This document shows positions 11,979-22,816 of a stretch of DNA of 64,000 nt, piece after piece. Within the stretch, counting starts at the first letter, position 1. Every line of letters starts with the position of its first letter. The notes under the pieces were generated by a model, which was not told the origin of the DNA, did no database searches, and saw nothing but the letters and a program-made list of their open reading frames with translations. Source of the DNA: Rebecca billardiae RCC1528 (Eukaryota > Protista > Haptophyta); NCBI GenBank assembly GCA_965240325.2, contig OZ251250.1, positions 990,766 through 1,054,765 of the forward strand. Direction: 5' to 3'. The translations under genes were made by a program, and so were the position numbers.

Positions 11979-13376
11979 GGTGCAGCCGATTGCGCAGACG
12001 ACGCAACCCCTCGCAGCGCCTGTCCTGCGCACGCGGTCAACGGGCGGGCGGGTCGGGCGGTCGCGCGTGAGTGCTGCCGCTCCGCGCGCTCGCCGTCAGC
12101 CGTGCGACGCGCTACGCGCGTGGCTCGCACGCCGACGCCGCCTCGACAGGCGTGCGCCGAGCGTGGCGAGTGCCTGCCCATGCCCCGCCCGGGGCACCGC
12201 GCGCCGTCCCGCACTTCGCGCCCAGCCGCGTGCGTGCGCAGCCGCCGGGCGCGGCTCACGTGCCTGCGCGCTGCTGCTTTGTCGAGGGACGAACCGAGGA
12301 TGCCTCCAAAGCTCCGGCGCGCTGCGCACCGCCGCTCACCTTCCCACATACTCGAGCGGCACAGCATGATGGCGGTGGGTGGCCTGCCATAGGAGAACTT
12401 TCAACTTTCGCTAGGCACCACCGCAGCACCGGCGGGCCTCTTTCGGCCGCCGCTGAGGCGGCGCCCATGCATATTTTGGCCCTATTCGGCATTCGCGCCG
12501 TCATACGAGCGTGCACCCCCCCTGCAGGTCCCTATTGCGCGCCGACAACTGGCAAATAAGCAGAGTCCGATCGATCGCAGGCGTGCGTCTGTCGCCGATC
12601 GTCAACGCGCAATACATATGGAGGCCGCTGCGCCAGGTGTCCCCGCGCCTCATCTCTATTGTTGTACAAATATCAGGCGGCGTGGCCATGCAATTCCTGC
12701 GAGTACCCGCCGCGCGCGCCCGCGTCGAGTGCGGTGAACTTGAGCGGCGGTCGCTCGGGCCGATGTTCGCGTCTGTAGTACGAAGTTGAGCGCGCAGCAG
12801 CCGAAGAGGCCTACCCGCGCATGCGCGCCGCGGCTGATATTGATGATTAGTGCATGGTGGTCCGATTAGATGTGAAACCGCGGCGGCCGCTCAGGACATC
12901 AGTTAGACGTGTGAGGGCGCAGGCGCCGTGCTGAAAATCTCGCCGGCGCTTGGCCCTGCAGGGGCCGGGCCGGGGGGCGTGCTGGCCAAAAAGCTGCTAC
13001 TGTAGCCTGTGATGCGTCGCCGCGCAGACACATAGGAACTTGTTCAGGAGCCAGCGCGCCCGTGCGCGAGGGCGGTCTTGCGGTGTCTGCCGTGGTGTGT
13101 AGCACAGCGCCCGCGGCGCTCGGCGCCATGGTCGGCCGCACGGCACCGGGGTGCTCGGCGTCCCCGGCGGACCGGCCGGGCCGCCGAAAGGCGGGCGCGC
13201 AAGGCGGGATGCCTGCCGCGCCCGGCGGCGCTCTCGCCTCGCCACCGTGCGACAAGGCGCGCCGTGCGCGCGCGCTGACGCGCGTGTGCCCGCGATTCGC
13301 GCGACCGCGCGCGGCGCGCCCTGGCCTGCGCCGCAGACGCGTGACACGGCGCGGTCTGCGGTGGGAGCGGGAGCAC

Positions 13377-14773
13377 ATGCGGCTTCCAGCGCGTGTCGGC
13401 CTCGCCGTGGTGGCCCTGGGCCACCTCGCGCTGGTGTCAGGCCAGTGCGCGAATGAGCCGATTACGTTTGAGGAGATTGACTGCTCGTACAACGCCGACC
13501 CCGCCTGGCCCGCCGTGACCACCAGCGTGGCGGCGCCGGAGCGCACGCCCGACAGCGGTGGGTCCGGCAACCTGTGGTACAGGTTCACCAACAACCTGGA
13601 CGTCCCGGCGAAAATCCTCCTGAACACCGCGGACGGTGCCGCGGGCGGTGCGCGCCGCGGCCGCGCACGCGCGCGCCGGCCAGCCGCGCGGCTCCTGCGC
13701 CCTCGACCCGCGACCACGAGCGTCTCGCGCACTGCGGAGTTGCCTAATACTCACACGCGCGGCGCGCGCCTCCGTGCGCAGGCACGTACAACAACGAGGC
13801 CGAGCTCCTGGCGCTCTGGCGCTCGGACGGCTCGTGCAACCTGAACGACGTGGAGACCAATGCGGACTACTACGACGACGACGAATACTCCGATCAGGCA
13901 AACTGGGCGAGGTGCGATTTTGCCTCGTCGTCGATGGGGCAAGCGCGGTACGGTGGCTACGGCGAGCTCGCCCTTGTCGCACCGGGCGACCAGGTGTGGA
14001 TCAAGATGTTCGTCGCCGACGTGTCCGGCGATCGGCGCCTCAACCTGTGCTGTGATACGCGGTCCAGCGGCAATCAGCCGACCCCGCCTACGATCGAGAA
14101 GTGCGACTTCACCTTCACGAAGCTGTTTAGCGATGGCGTCTGCATCGCCGAATCGTTCCCCTCGCCCACGCCCACGCCCACGCCCGAGCCCGAGCCCGAG
14201 GCCCTGTGCGAGCGGTGGTGGTGGTGCTGGCTCATTGTGCGCGCGCGGAGCCGCGCGAGGCGCCCACCGGCTCACGCGCCGGCGGGCCCACCGGCCATGC
14301 GCCGATGCGCGGTGCTCTGACGGACGCGCCCGCTCTGGCACCACGCCCGCGCCGCGCAGGTGCTGTGCTACGTGAAGATCGCCTACATGCTGTGCTGGCT
14401 GGTCAACCCGCTCGGCTTCTGCCGCCCGGGCCAGTGGGAGGACGGCCTCTGGTGGATGCCCAAGGACAAGGAAGCCTTCTTCGAGGACGTGTGGACGCGC
14501 CTGGCCGGCGACACCGCCGGTCACGATCACCACTACCTCATCACGTCCGGCGAGCGCAAGCCCGGCCCCATCCTGATCGCGCACGAGGCGTGGCAGAACT
14601 CGCAGCGGCGCACCCTGCTCGCGGAGGCGACAGGTGCGGACGTTGCCTTCACGGCCGCGGTTGTGGTGGCCGTGGTGGCGGCGGCCACGGTTGCAGCCGT
14701 CGTCGTGCTGCGTCGCGGTGCGGCCAAGCAGCAGCAGCAGCGCGCGGAGGTGCCGGCGGATGCGGCGGCCTGA
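13377..14773 (+). CDS. Type-I membrane protein with the same Cys-rich domain; paralog B
   Basis: Signal peptide, homologous domain, PTPTPEPEP linker, Trp/Cys-rich segment, RRTLLA, TM helix (AAVVVAVVAAATVAAVVVL) followed by RR. Introns 13636-13781 and 14237-14359 join the three ORF pieces in frame. Confidence 0.85.
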
Positions 14774-15000
14774 TGACCAGCATGCCAAGCAAGCCGCGCC
14801 CGCGCCGAGACGGGTGATCTGCGCGCCTCACCACCGCCATGAGCTGCGCTGAGCCGATCGGCAGCCGGGCCGGACGCTCCACTCCGTATTGCCCATGCCG
14901 CGCGTTCCAGCGCAGTCAGCGCACGCCAGTCAGTACTCAGTATCGGGCCACTGCGCGGCGCGTCGGCGTGCCATCGCGCCGATCTATCGATCGATCATAT

Positions 15001-15381
15001 ATGGCGGGCCGTAGGTCCGCCGGCGTTGTAGTGCCCGGGGAAAAGATAAGAAAAAGAAAAAGAAAAGAAAATCACCTTGCAAAGAAAAGAAAATCGCTTC
15101 GCTCACGTGCAGCCTCCCACTGCCACTGGGGACGCTCGGCCGAAAACACAGTACCGGGTGGCGCGGAGCGCGTGGGCCGCGCGCGCCAAATATCCAACGC
15201 CGGCGCGGACATCGCGCGAGGATTCCCGAGACGTTAATTTCGTTCGCCCGATTCGCACTTGCTCCCCTCGTCGTCTCGCGGCGATTTTCTTTTATTCTTT
15301 GCGAGGCGATTTTCTTTATTTCCTTTCTTTTTCTTTTCTTTTCCCCGGGTGACTACAAGGGGCGGACCTACGGCCCACCAT
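15001..15381. mobile_element. MITE, about 380 bp, with imperfect TIRs of about 100 bp
   Basis: Left end ATGGCGGGCCGTAGGTCCGCC..TTGTAGTGCCCGGGGAAAAG; right end CTTTTCCCCGGGTGACTACAAGGGGCGGACCTACGGCCCACCAT. Repeated GAAAATCGC/GCGATTTTC subterminal motifs. TSD not resolved. Confidence 0.85.
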
Positions 15382-15611
15382 TCAATTACTGAATAATATA
15401 TATACACCGACTGCGATCAGTCTGATAATAGTGATATGAGCTATCGAAGTGTAAGTCGCGCGCTAGCTCGGCCGACGCTTTCGGTCATCAGCAGCACTAG
15501 CAGACATGCAGACTGACGACATTGGACCGCGGAGTCGCCGTCTTTTGTTATTATTATATATATATTATTAGTTATAATTATATATTATTTTATTCACACA
15601 CACACACACAT

Positions 15612-17531
15612 ATATTAACGACGTGGTATGCAACGGGCAGGCGTCAGAGTCAGCAAGCTGTAGCGGCAGATCGAGCAGCAGAGACAAACACCAGGATCAG
15701 CGCTCCTCGCCGTCGTCCCCCCCCCCTCGTAGTCGCCCATCACTCCATCGCCGAGCGGAAGCTCGACGCACCGTCTGGCGTCGACGCGCGCGCGCCACCG
15801 CGGTGGTCGCGGTGCCACGCGTCGTCAGCCGTCGTCTCGAAGCAGTCGTCGTACGCAGTGCCCCCGCGGGCGCGTGCCCCCGGGCGCACGTGCGCCATGC
15901 GCGCGCGGGCGATGAGCATCTTGGCCTGGCCACGCAGGCAGCGCATGCCCAGCTCGCGCCGCATGGTGCCGAGCAGCGCGCGCTCGGCGGCGGGGCGCGA
16001 GGGCGCGCTGAGGCGCGCGCGCCACGTGTCCCGCCCCATCTTGGCGATCTTCTTGAGGGTGAGGTCCACCTCCGCGCTCCACTCGCCGAACGCCCCCACG
16101 ACAATCGGGACGATCGCGGGGAAGGTGTCGAGCCGCGCCTCGTATGGGCCCACCTGGCCCTCAAGCGTGCCATAGACCTCGCGGTCGAGGAGCTGCAGCT
16201 GCTTGCGCCGCTCGCGCGGGACGAGTTCCGCGCGGTGGCGCACCGCACCGTTGCGGCCGTCGCTCACCCTGTAGCGCGACGGGCTCAGCGAGATGGTCTT
16301 GACCTCGAACAGGGTACAGTTGCCGTGCACCTCGGCACTCAGGTCCACCACCGGCACGCGCTTGCGGTCCGTGCCGAGCACCGCCTGCGCCTGGGCGGTG
16401 GACTGGGCGTGCACCGAGCCGAAGATCCAGGTGTCCTCCGGCACGGCGTACACACCGGCGTACGTGCGGAAGAACCCCGCCAGCACGCGGATCACCGGGT
16501 CGTGCCGGTAGCGTGCGACGTGGTCGCCGGGGAGCGCGTTGCGGCCGGACGCGCTGAGGAGCGCGTCGCCGTACGCGTCCACCCGGATGCCGGGACCCGA
16601 GCGCGTGGGCACGTACGCCCCGGCCTGGGCCAGCGGCGCGCAGACCGGGCTGGGGATCCCGAGCGCGCGCGCCGCGATCTCAAGCCACTCACCCTGGTGG
16701 TGGACCGCCGCGCTGCCGATCGGGAGCGCGCCCACGAACGCGAGTGAGGCACGGTCCACGTTCTGGATGATAAGGTGCACACGGCGGTCGTCCCGAGAGA
16801 GAGAGCTGAGCTGCCGCCGCAGGAGCCAGCCGTGGGTGTTCTCGACGTCCTCCGTGATGTCCTTGGCGAGGCTGTAGTAGACGGTGCCGTCCACAGCCCG
16901 GCGTGCCGTGGGTGCCACCTGACCCGCCGGGAGGTGGAGCACGCAGTAAGGCTGCCGGTTGGGCACAGCTGGCGCCTCCTGCTCGGCGAGCTGGAGGCGC
17001 TCCCAGATGGTCGCGAGCGTCCGCCCGAGCGCCGAGCCCGACTGCAGAAACTGGCGCCATCCGGCGGCGCGCATGTCCACGAACGCGTCACGGCCCACGC
17101 GCGCGACGATGGAGTCGCGCTCGAGGACGCCGTGCACGGCGACGCCGCCCTGCATGGGGGCGTGGCGGTCGAGGAACGCGGGAACAGCGGCGTGGGCCCC
17201 CGCCCAGAAGGCGGCGGGTGCCCGCTGCGCCGCCGAGCGCAGGGCGAGCCCCCCCAGGCGGACGGGCAGGCGGAGCCGCTGCAGCATGATGTCGTCGAGC
17301 TGGTCGTCGGTGGGGAAGCCGAGCGCGACGCCGGCCTGCCGGAGGATGATAGCGTCAAACCGCTCACACGCCTCGGCGGTGGCGTCGGGCTCGATGTGGC
17401 GGAGGAAGTAGTCGAGCTTCGTCGAGGTCGAGTAGTGCGTGAGCACCCACAGCCCCTGCTTGTGCGCCGAGCCGAGCCTGTTGATCAGCTTGTTCGAGAT
17501 GCCAGCGATCTCGGCACACTTGTCAGAGAGG
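15612..17531 (-). mobile_element. 5'-truncated non-LTR retrotransposon (RT thumb plus restriction-like endonuclease; CRE/SLACS-like)
   Basis: Open frame to a stop at 15740 with KLDYFLR, LRLPVRLGGLALRSA (thumb-type LPxxxGGLG motif), DAYGDALL...RHD, VD...LFEVKT (PD-(D/E)xK-like) and IVPIVVGAFGEWS. Three more 3'-anchored copies in the window. ACACACACATATAT flanks both sides. Confidence 0.85.
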
Positions 17532-17540
17532 ACACACACA

Positions 17541-17547
17541 TATATAT

Positions 17548-17636
<89 letters not shown>
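17541..17636. repeat. (TA)n microsatellite
   Basis: About 96 bp of near-perfect TA repeat; the source of the spurious YIYIYI translations. Confidence 0.98.
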
Positions 17637-17640
<4 letters not shown>

Positions 17641-17651
17641 TTAGTGTTGAG

Positions 17652-19403
17652 TCATCCGTCAGGCGGCCAGGCGCAGTCCATGCGCGCGTCGTACCCGTGC
17701 TGCTCCAGCGCAGCCCGCACGCGCGCGTACGCGGCCGGGTGCCGGACGGGCAGCGCGCCAAAGGCGGTGGCGCACTCGCTCGCTCGGCGCCACCGGCCGT
17801 ACCGCGCGCGCACGAGCAGCTCCGCCCCACTCAGGTTCGCGCCGCCCGCGGCGCCAAAGCTGGCGCCGAGCTCTGACGCCGCTCCGGGCGAGCCGCCTGC
17901 GGGCGCGACCTGCCGGGCGCACGCTGCGGCCGTGCGCGCAGCCGCGCACGCGTGCGCAGCGAGCGCGAGGGCGGGGGCCGTGTGCGAGCCGTGCGCCTGC
18001 GCGCTCACCGCCGCGAGCGCGCTCTCTGCCGCCTCGACCGAAGCGGCCGCGCGGCCCTCGCCGAGCAGCGGCGCCATCGGGCGCACGCCGGGCGCGCCCG
18101 CGAGGAAGCGCACCAAGCGCGCCGCCAGCGCGCGGCGCGTGCCGCTTGCGAGGGCGTCCTCCGCGCGCCACCACAGCACACGCGCGCGGTTGGCTTGCGC
18201 GTCCGCGCGCACGCGCAGCGTCTGCTCGGCCCAGGCGAGGAGCGTGCACGCGGGCCGGTCGGGCTTGGGCACGCGCGGCCCCGAGCAGCGCAGCGGCGCG
18301 GCGCCCCGCTGTGCGCGCTCCGCCCCGCGCCCGAGCTCGGGCGGCAGCAGGGGCCGCGCGCGCAGCAGCCACCACGTCTGTGCGTGTCGGTTGGTCGCCA
18401 CGTCGCGCCCGTCGCGGACGACGAGGATGAAGGAAGCGCCGGGCAGGAGCGCGTGGAGCAGGGGCAGCTCGAGCGCGACGTCGGGCACCTTGAACGCCCA
18501 CGCGCCGAGCGGCGCGCACGCCACGCGCGCCGCCACGCCGAGCGCGTGCGCGCACGTGCCGCCCGCGCGCAGCCAGCGCCCGTCGCACGCACGCGGCACT
18601 CGCGCAAACAGCCGGCGGCAGCCGTGCTCATACGCGGAGCGGTTCTCGCACGGCGGCGGGCAGCCGAAGCCGCAGTCGACCGACGCGTTCAGCGCGCGCA
18701 CCGCGCGGCCGAGCGCCACGACGCCCGCCTCGTCCCACCCGCCGCCGCGCGCGGCCGCGGCCGCGGCCGCGCCGCCGCCCGCGCCGCCGCCCGCGCCGCG
18801 GCCGCCGCCGCCGCCGCCGTCCGCGAGCGCCGCGGCCGCGGCCGTGCGCGCGTCGGCGGCGGTGACGCGGCCGAGGCCGAGCGAGCCGCGCTTCCGGTAG
18901 GCGTCGTCGACGAGGGCGTTCACGCCCATCAGCCCGATCCGCGAGTCGAGCATGTCGCCGTCGCCGTCGATCACGACGCCGAGGCGCTCGAGTGCGAACG
19001 CGGGCGCGCGCGTGCCTGAGCCGGGCCAGCCGCCGATGGCGATGGGCGCGGCGCGCACGGCGGCGAAGCCGAGCTCGGCGAAGCGGCGCGTGCGCGCGGC
19101 GTCGCACGAGGGGCGCCATTCGCTGCGCGGCACGTGCCCCATCCACTCCACCGTCCACGGGTACTTGGCCTTGAGGCCGCGTGCCGCGCGCGGCGCGGCC
19201 GTCGGCCGCGCCGCGTGCGCCGCGTCGCGCGCGGCGCGGCGCGCGCGCCGCCCGCGCCAGGACGGCCGAGGCGCGCGCGGGGGCTCGCCGGGCGCTCCAT
19301 TGAGGGCGAGCGCACGCGTGGCCGCCTCGGCGCGGCCGCCAGCCAGCAGCATCGCGAAGAGCTGCAGCAGCAGCCGTCGACGCGGAGCGGCACGAGCCGC
19401 CAT
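17652..19403 (-). CDS. Secretory-pathway sulfotransferase-family protein (possible short in-frame intron near the 5' end)
   Basis: N-terminal hydrophobic leader; 5'-PSB-like PIAIGGWPGSGTR; WAFKVP; 3'-PB-like FILVVRDGRDVA; C-terminal LEQHGY. Confidence 0.82.
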   Translation of the reverse strand: MAARAAPRRRLLLQLFAMLLAGGRAEAATRALALNGAPGEPPRAPRPSWRGRRARRAARDAAHAARPTAAPRAARGLKAKYPWTVEWMGHVPRSEWRPSCDAARTRRFAELGFAAVRAAPIAIGGWPGSGTRAPAFALERLGVVIDGDGDMLDSRIGLMGVNALVDDAYRKRGSLGLGRVTAADARTAAAAALADGGGGGGRGAGGGAGGGAAAAAAARGGGWDEAGVVALGRAVRALNASVDCGFGCPPPCENRSAYEHGCRRLFARVPRACDGRWLRAGGTCAHALGVAARVACAPLGAWAFKVPDVALELPLLHALLPGASFILVVRDGRDVATNRHAQTWWLLRARPLLPPELGRGAERAQRGAAPLRCSGPRVPKPDRPACTLLAWAEQTLRVRADAQANRARVLWWRAEDALASGTRRALAARLVRFLAGAPGVRPMAPLLGEGRAAASVEAAESALAAVSAQAHGSHTAPALALAAHACAAARTAAACARQVAPAGGSPGAASELGASFGAAGGANLSGAELLVRARYGRWRRASECATAFGALPVRHPAAYARVRAALEQHGYDARMDCAWPPDG

Positions 19404-19677
19404 CGTCGGGAGTGCCGTTCGCACCGGGGACGCTCACCACCGGAGTGACGGTGAAGTTGACTACAATACTGCTGCTGTACAGTGTACTGTCTGTACAGTT
19501 TACTAAGAATAAGAGACGCACACAGCTCAGGCAGGCGAGATTACTTTACTTTACAAGCAGGTACGACGTCGACGTACGACAGCCCTGCAAGTCCGTCAAC
19601 CGCATCGCTGCTAAGACGTACACACTGTACACGTCGTGCCACTGCGAGGTCACCGCCGGCACACGCGCCAGTCCGGC

Positions 19678-20331
19678 TCACTTGGGCGGCGCCGGCTGCG
19701 CCGCCTCCTGCGCGAGCGGCACGCCCACCTCCGCGAGGAAGCCGTCCAGCGCCGCGCGCGCCGCCTCAAAGTCCGCGCTCACGGCCGCGGCCTCGAGCTC
19801 TCCGCGCCCGGCGCGGAGGAGCTGCGAGTCGAGCTTGTCGAGCGCGTTGGTGAAGCGCTTGAGCTTGTCGCGCGCGATACGCGCCGCCTTCGAGTCGGCC
19901 GTCTTGAGCCCGACCAGCTCCATGCTCGCCTTGCGCACGCCGTCGAACGGAGGCTCGCGCAGCGCGCGCCGCGCGCCGCCAATGTCGCCCAGTACGATGC
20001 GCGGGCCGAGGGCGACGAGCGCGGCGCGGTCGCGCTGCAGCCGGCCCGTGAGGCGGATGATCGTCCGGTCTGCGTCGCCCGACGCCGCGAACTCGCGCAT
20101 CTGCGCCTCCTTCGAGAAGGTGAGCTCGCCCGTCTCCCAGAAGTTGCCGCGACATTGCTCGCCCGTCGTCGGGTCGCAGCCGCGCGCGCGCGCGGCGCGC
20201 GGCGCGGCGCCGAGCGCGAGCGGGGCGGCGAGCAGCGCGCGGCGGCCGAGCACCAGCGAGCCGCGCGGGCCCGGCGCCCGCTGCGAGACCCCGCCGAGGG
20301 CGAGCACGATCGTCGCCGCGGCGAGCGGCAT
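19678..20331 (-). CDS. Thylakoid-lumen PsbQ-like four-helix protein
   Basis: Signal-like N-terminus, twin-arginine GRRALLAAPLAL...ARA motif, and a C-terminal FTNALDKLD...FEAARAALDGFLAEV pattern resembling PsbQ. Confidence 0.6.
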   Translation of the reverse strand: MPLAAATIVLALGGVSQRAPGPRGSLVLGRRALLAAPLALGAAPRAARARGCDPTTGEQCRGNFWETGELTFSKEAQMREFAASGDADRTIIRLTGRLQRDRAALVALGPRIVLGDIGGARRALREPPFDGVRKASMELVGLKTADSKAARIARDKLKRFTNALDKLDSQLLRAGRGELEAAAVSADFEAARAALDGFLAEVGVPLAQEAAQPAPPK

Positions 20332-21365
20332 GCTGTTAGCGCCTCGTTCGCCGCGAGCGCCGCGCTCATCATCCTTTTCGTAAATCGTAATTGCCCAGCA
20401 TCAAGATTCGACGCAGCCGGAGGCGCATCATTTCCGCACTCCATCCAGATCCTTGCTCCATGCTCCATATCCACGGAGCAGTAATAACTTTTGTTGTGCG
20501 CGCGAACTCGGAGACGGTCGTCGCTGGGCTGCAAACGGTCGGTGAGCCGGCTCGGAGATGAGCGGTGCCTGCCTACGTCGTACAGTAGGCCAGTCGATCA
20601 TGCCGCTTGATGCATGCTGCCTGCCCCAACCGACAGTGGGGCTCCACATTATTCCAGATGACTACATCCTCATCCTCGCCTCGCCGCCGGCTGTTGAGTG
20701 TTGGCAAGCTGGCGGCCTGTCGCACTTCGGCGCCCACGGCCCAGTTGCCGTCGGAGAGTTCAGACGCGACGACGACAGTTTTGTGGACGACGGTGGAACG
20801 ACGGGCGCTGGCGCGTGCCGCGAGGCGGCCCTCATCTCACAGGCCTGACGCAGGCGGACAGCTGAAGGAAACTTATTCGTCCGATGGCGCTACCTGATCA
20901 GTCGACGATGCTTCATATCGGCGGTGACGCGGTTCAGTAGTCGGCGGGCCGCAGGCGCAGTCAATCTCGCCCGTGCCTGCGAGCTGCGCGTGCGTCTCTG
21001 ATTATATTAATATACACATATTAGTATATATATATGCATTACATGCAACATATACATATACTATTTAAACTGATGCTGTCGATGATGCTGTTAGATTAGA
21101 CATTAGTACTGACAGCAGTGATGACGAATAACTACGGCCCAATACACTTTATTATACTACTACTACTAATAATAATAATAATATGTACATAAGAATAAGC
21201 AGAGACGCACGCACAGCTTTGCAGAGTGAGTGAGCTTAGCTAGGCGAGACGATATTATATATATACGTACACTATACCGAGTTAGTATAGCGTCTCAGTA
21301 CTCAGTACAGTCTGCGCCGCTGAGCCAGTAAGCTCTTCGGCCGGTATACCGCCGTACTACAAATG

Positions 21366-21440
21366 GAGAGCTTGAGAGAGATCGAGAGAGCGCGCGCGCG
21401 CGCGCGCGAGAGAGAGAGAGATCGAGAGAGAGAGAGAGAG
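21366..21440. repeat. Compound (GA)n/(GC)n microsatellite
   Basis: Seen directly, next to an AT-rich island (about 21000-21300). Confidence 0.9.
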
Positions 21441-21650
21441 TTCATCGTCATACAGTGGCACTCACACTGTCTGTCACTGACCGACGGTCACGGGGCGGGA
21501 GACGACTGCTGCCGTACGCGATCCGGATGCAGAGACGGAGTGGGAGGACGACCGTCGCCGGTGGCTACCGTGGCGACGGCGCGGGTGGAGCCTCGGCAGG
21601 GGCCGACCACCCGCGGCGGGGGGCTCAGGCCGCCAGGGCGGCGCGCGCTC

Positions 21651-22397
21651 TCATGCGCCCGCGCCCCCGGCCACGGCGGGCGGCTGGTAGGCGCGCGGCA
21701 GCGCCCCGCGCTGCTTGCGCGCCGCGAGGTCGAACGCCTCCTGCTCGGGCATGTAGCTGGAGAACTTGAAGTACTTGAACTCGTCCTCGCGCCCGCGGAT
21801 CTCGGGCGTGTCCCGGAACGTGAGCGAGAAGCGCATCCGCCCGGGCTCGAAGTCGTCCATCCAGCCGGGCGCGCGCTGCAGCAGCACCTCGCGCACGCCG
21901 TGCAGCACCAGCCGGCACGGCCCGCCGAAGAGGAGAACGTCGCCCGACTCGAGGACGACGGTCTTCTCGGGGTCGTCGCGCTCGTGCTTCCACGCGAACA
22001 CGCACGCCGCGCCCAGCGTGAGGTTGACCACGGGGTGGTCGGACGTGCCGTCGTTCTCGTAGCAGTCGCGGTGCATCTGCAGGCCCTCACTCGAGAGGTA
22101 GCAGTTGACGATCAGGTGGGTGAAGTCCATCGACGGCATCGCGGGGTCGGACGCGCACGCCTTGGCGACGGCCTGGTCGCACACGTCCTTCACCCAGCCC
22201 GGGAAGCGCTCCGCCGCGTCGTACAGCCGGCCACGCCCTTCGGCCGCGTTGGGCTTGTCCTCCTTGAAGAAGCCGTACGACGGGTCGTTCGTGCCCCAGC
22301 CCCAGGCCTCGCGCGCCATGCGCGCCTCGTCGGCGGGGGAGAGGATGCCGCGGACGACGACCATGCCCGGCTCGAGCACCTCGGCGGTTGGCGCCAT
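21651..22397 (-). CDS. alkB: AlkB-family Fe(II)/2-oxoglutarate dioxygenase
   Basis: IVNCY...MHRD (HxD), PVVNLTLG, LESGDVLLFGGPCRLVLHGV (distal His), RFSLTFR (RxxxxxR). Confidence 0.9.
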   Translation of the reverse strand: MAPTAEVLEPGMVVVRGILSPADEARMAREAWGWGTNDPSYGFFKEDKPNAAEGRGRLYDAAERFPGWVKDVCDQAVAKACASDPAMPSMDFTHLIVNCYLSSEGLQMHRDCYENDGTSDHPVVNLTLGAACVFAWKHERDDPEKTVVLESGDVLLFGGPCRLVLHGVREVLLQRAPGWMDDFEPGRMRFSLTFRDTPEIRGREDEFKYFKFSSYMPEQEAFDLAARKQRGALPRAYQPPAVAGGAGA

Positions 22398-22816
22398 CGT
22401 CGTCGGCGGCGGGCGGGCGGCGGCGGGCGGCGGTGCGCGCGCGGTGGACGGACGGGAGCGGCGCTGCGCCTCTTTGGGTCCAGGGCTGCCGAGCAACCCG
22501 CCGTTTGACGACACGCGCGAGCTGCCCCGTGCCGCTTCGTCCGTTTGCTGTAGGCTGGATCGCCGGGACGTGTGTGACGAGGCGGCCGCTTGATTGTCGT
22601 GGATTGTCGTTTGGATGGGAGCGGGTAGTAGGTCGTTCCGGCTGGCCGCCTACGTATCTATTGCCGAACCGTTTTGGGCGGCACGAGTGGTGACGTCTGA
22701 CGAGCGGCCAACGAAATGTTGGGACCCCCGAGCGGGGAAGGGGCCGCGATGGCGGCCGGCAACGGGCGGGCGGGGCGCACGCCTCAATCCCAACACGCCT
22801 GGCGGCGGCGGCGGCG

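Noticed and set aside
9296-15280. A composite transposon carrying the two paralogous surface-protein genes
   Set aside because: The inverted copies are oriented with their element bodies pointing away from the genes, so they are the ends of two separate elements.
17439-17876. ORFs with YIYIYI runs
   Set aside because: Translations of the (TA)n microsatellite.
20558-20897. Short ORFs in the intergenic island
   Set aside because: Weak codon bias and no recognisable motif.
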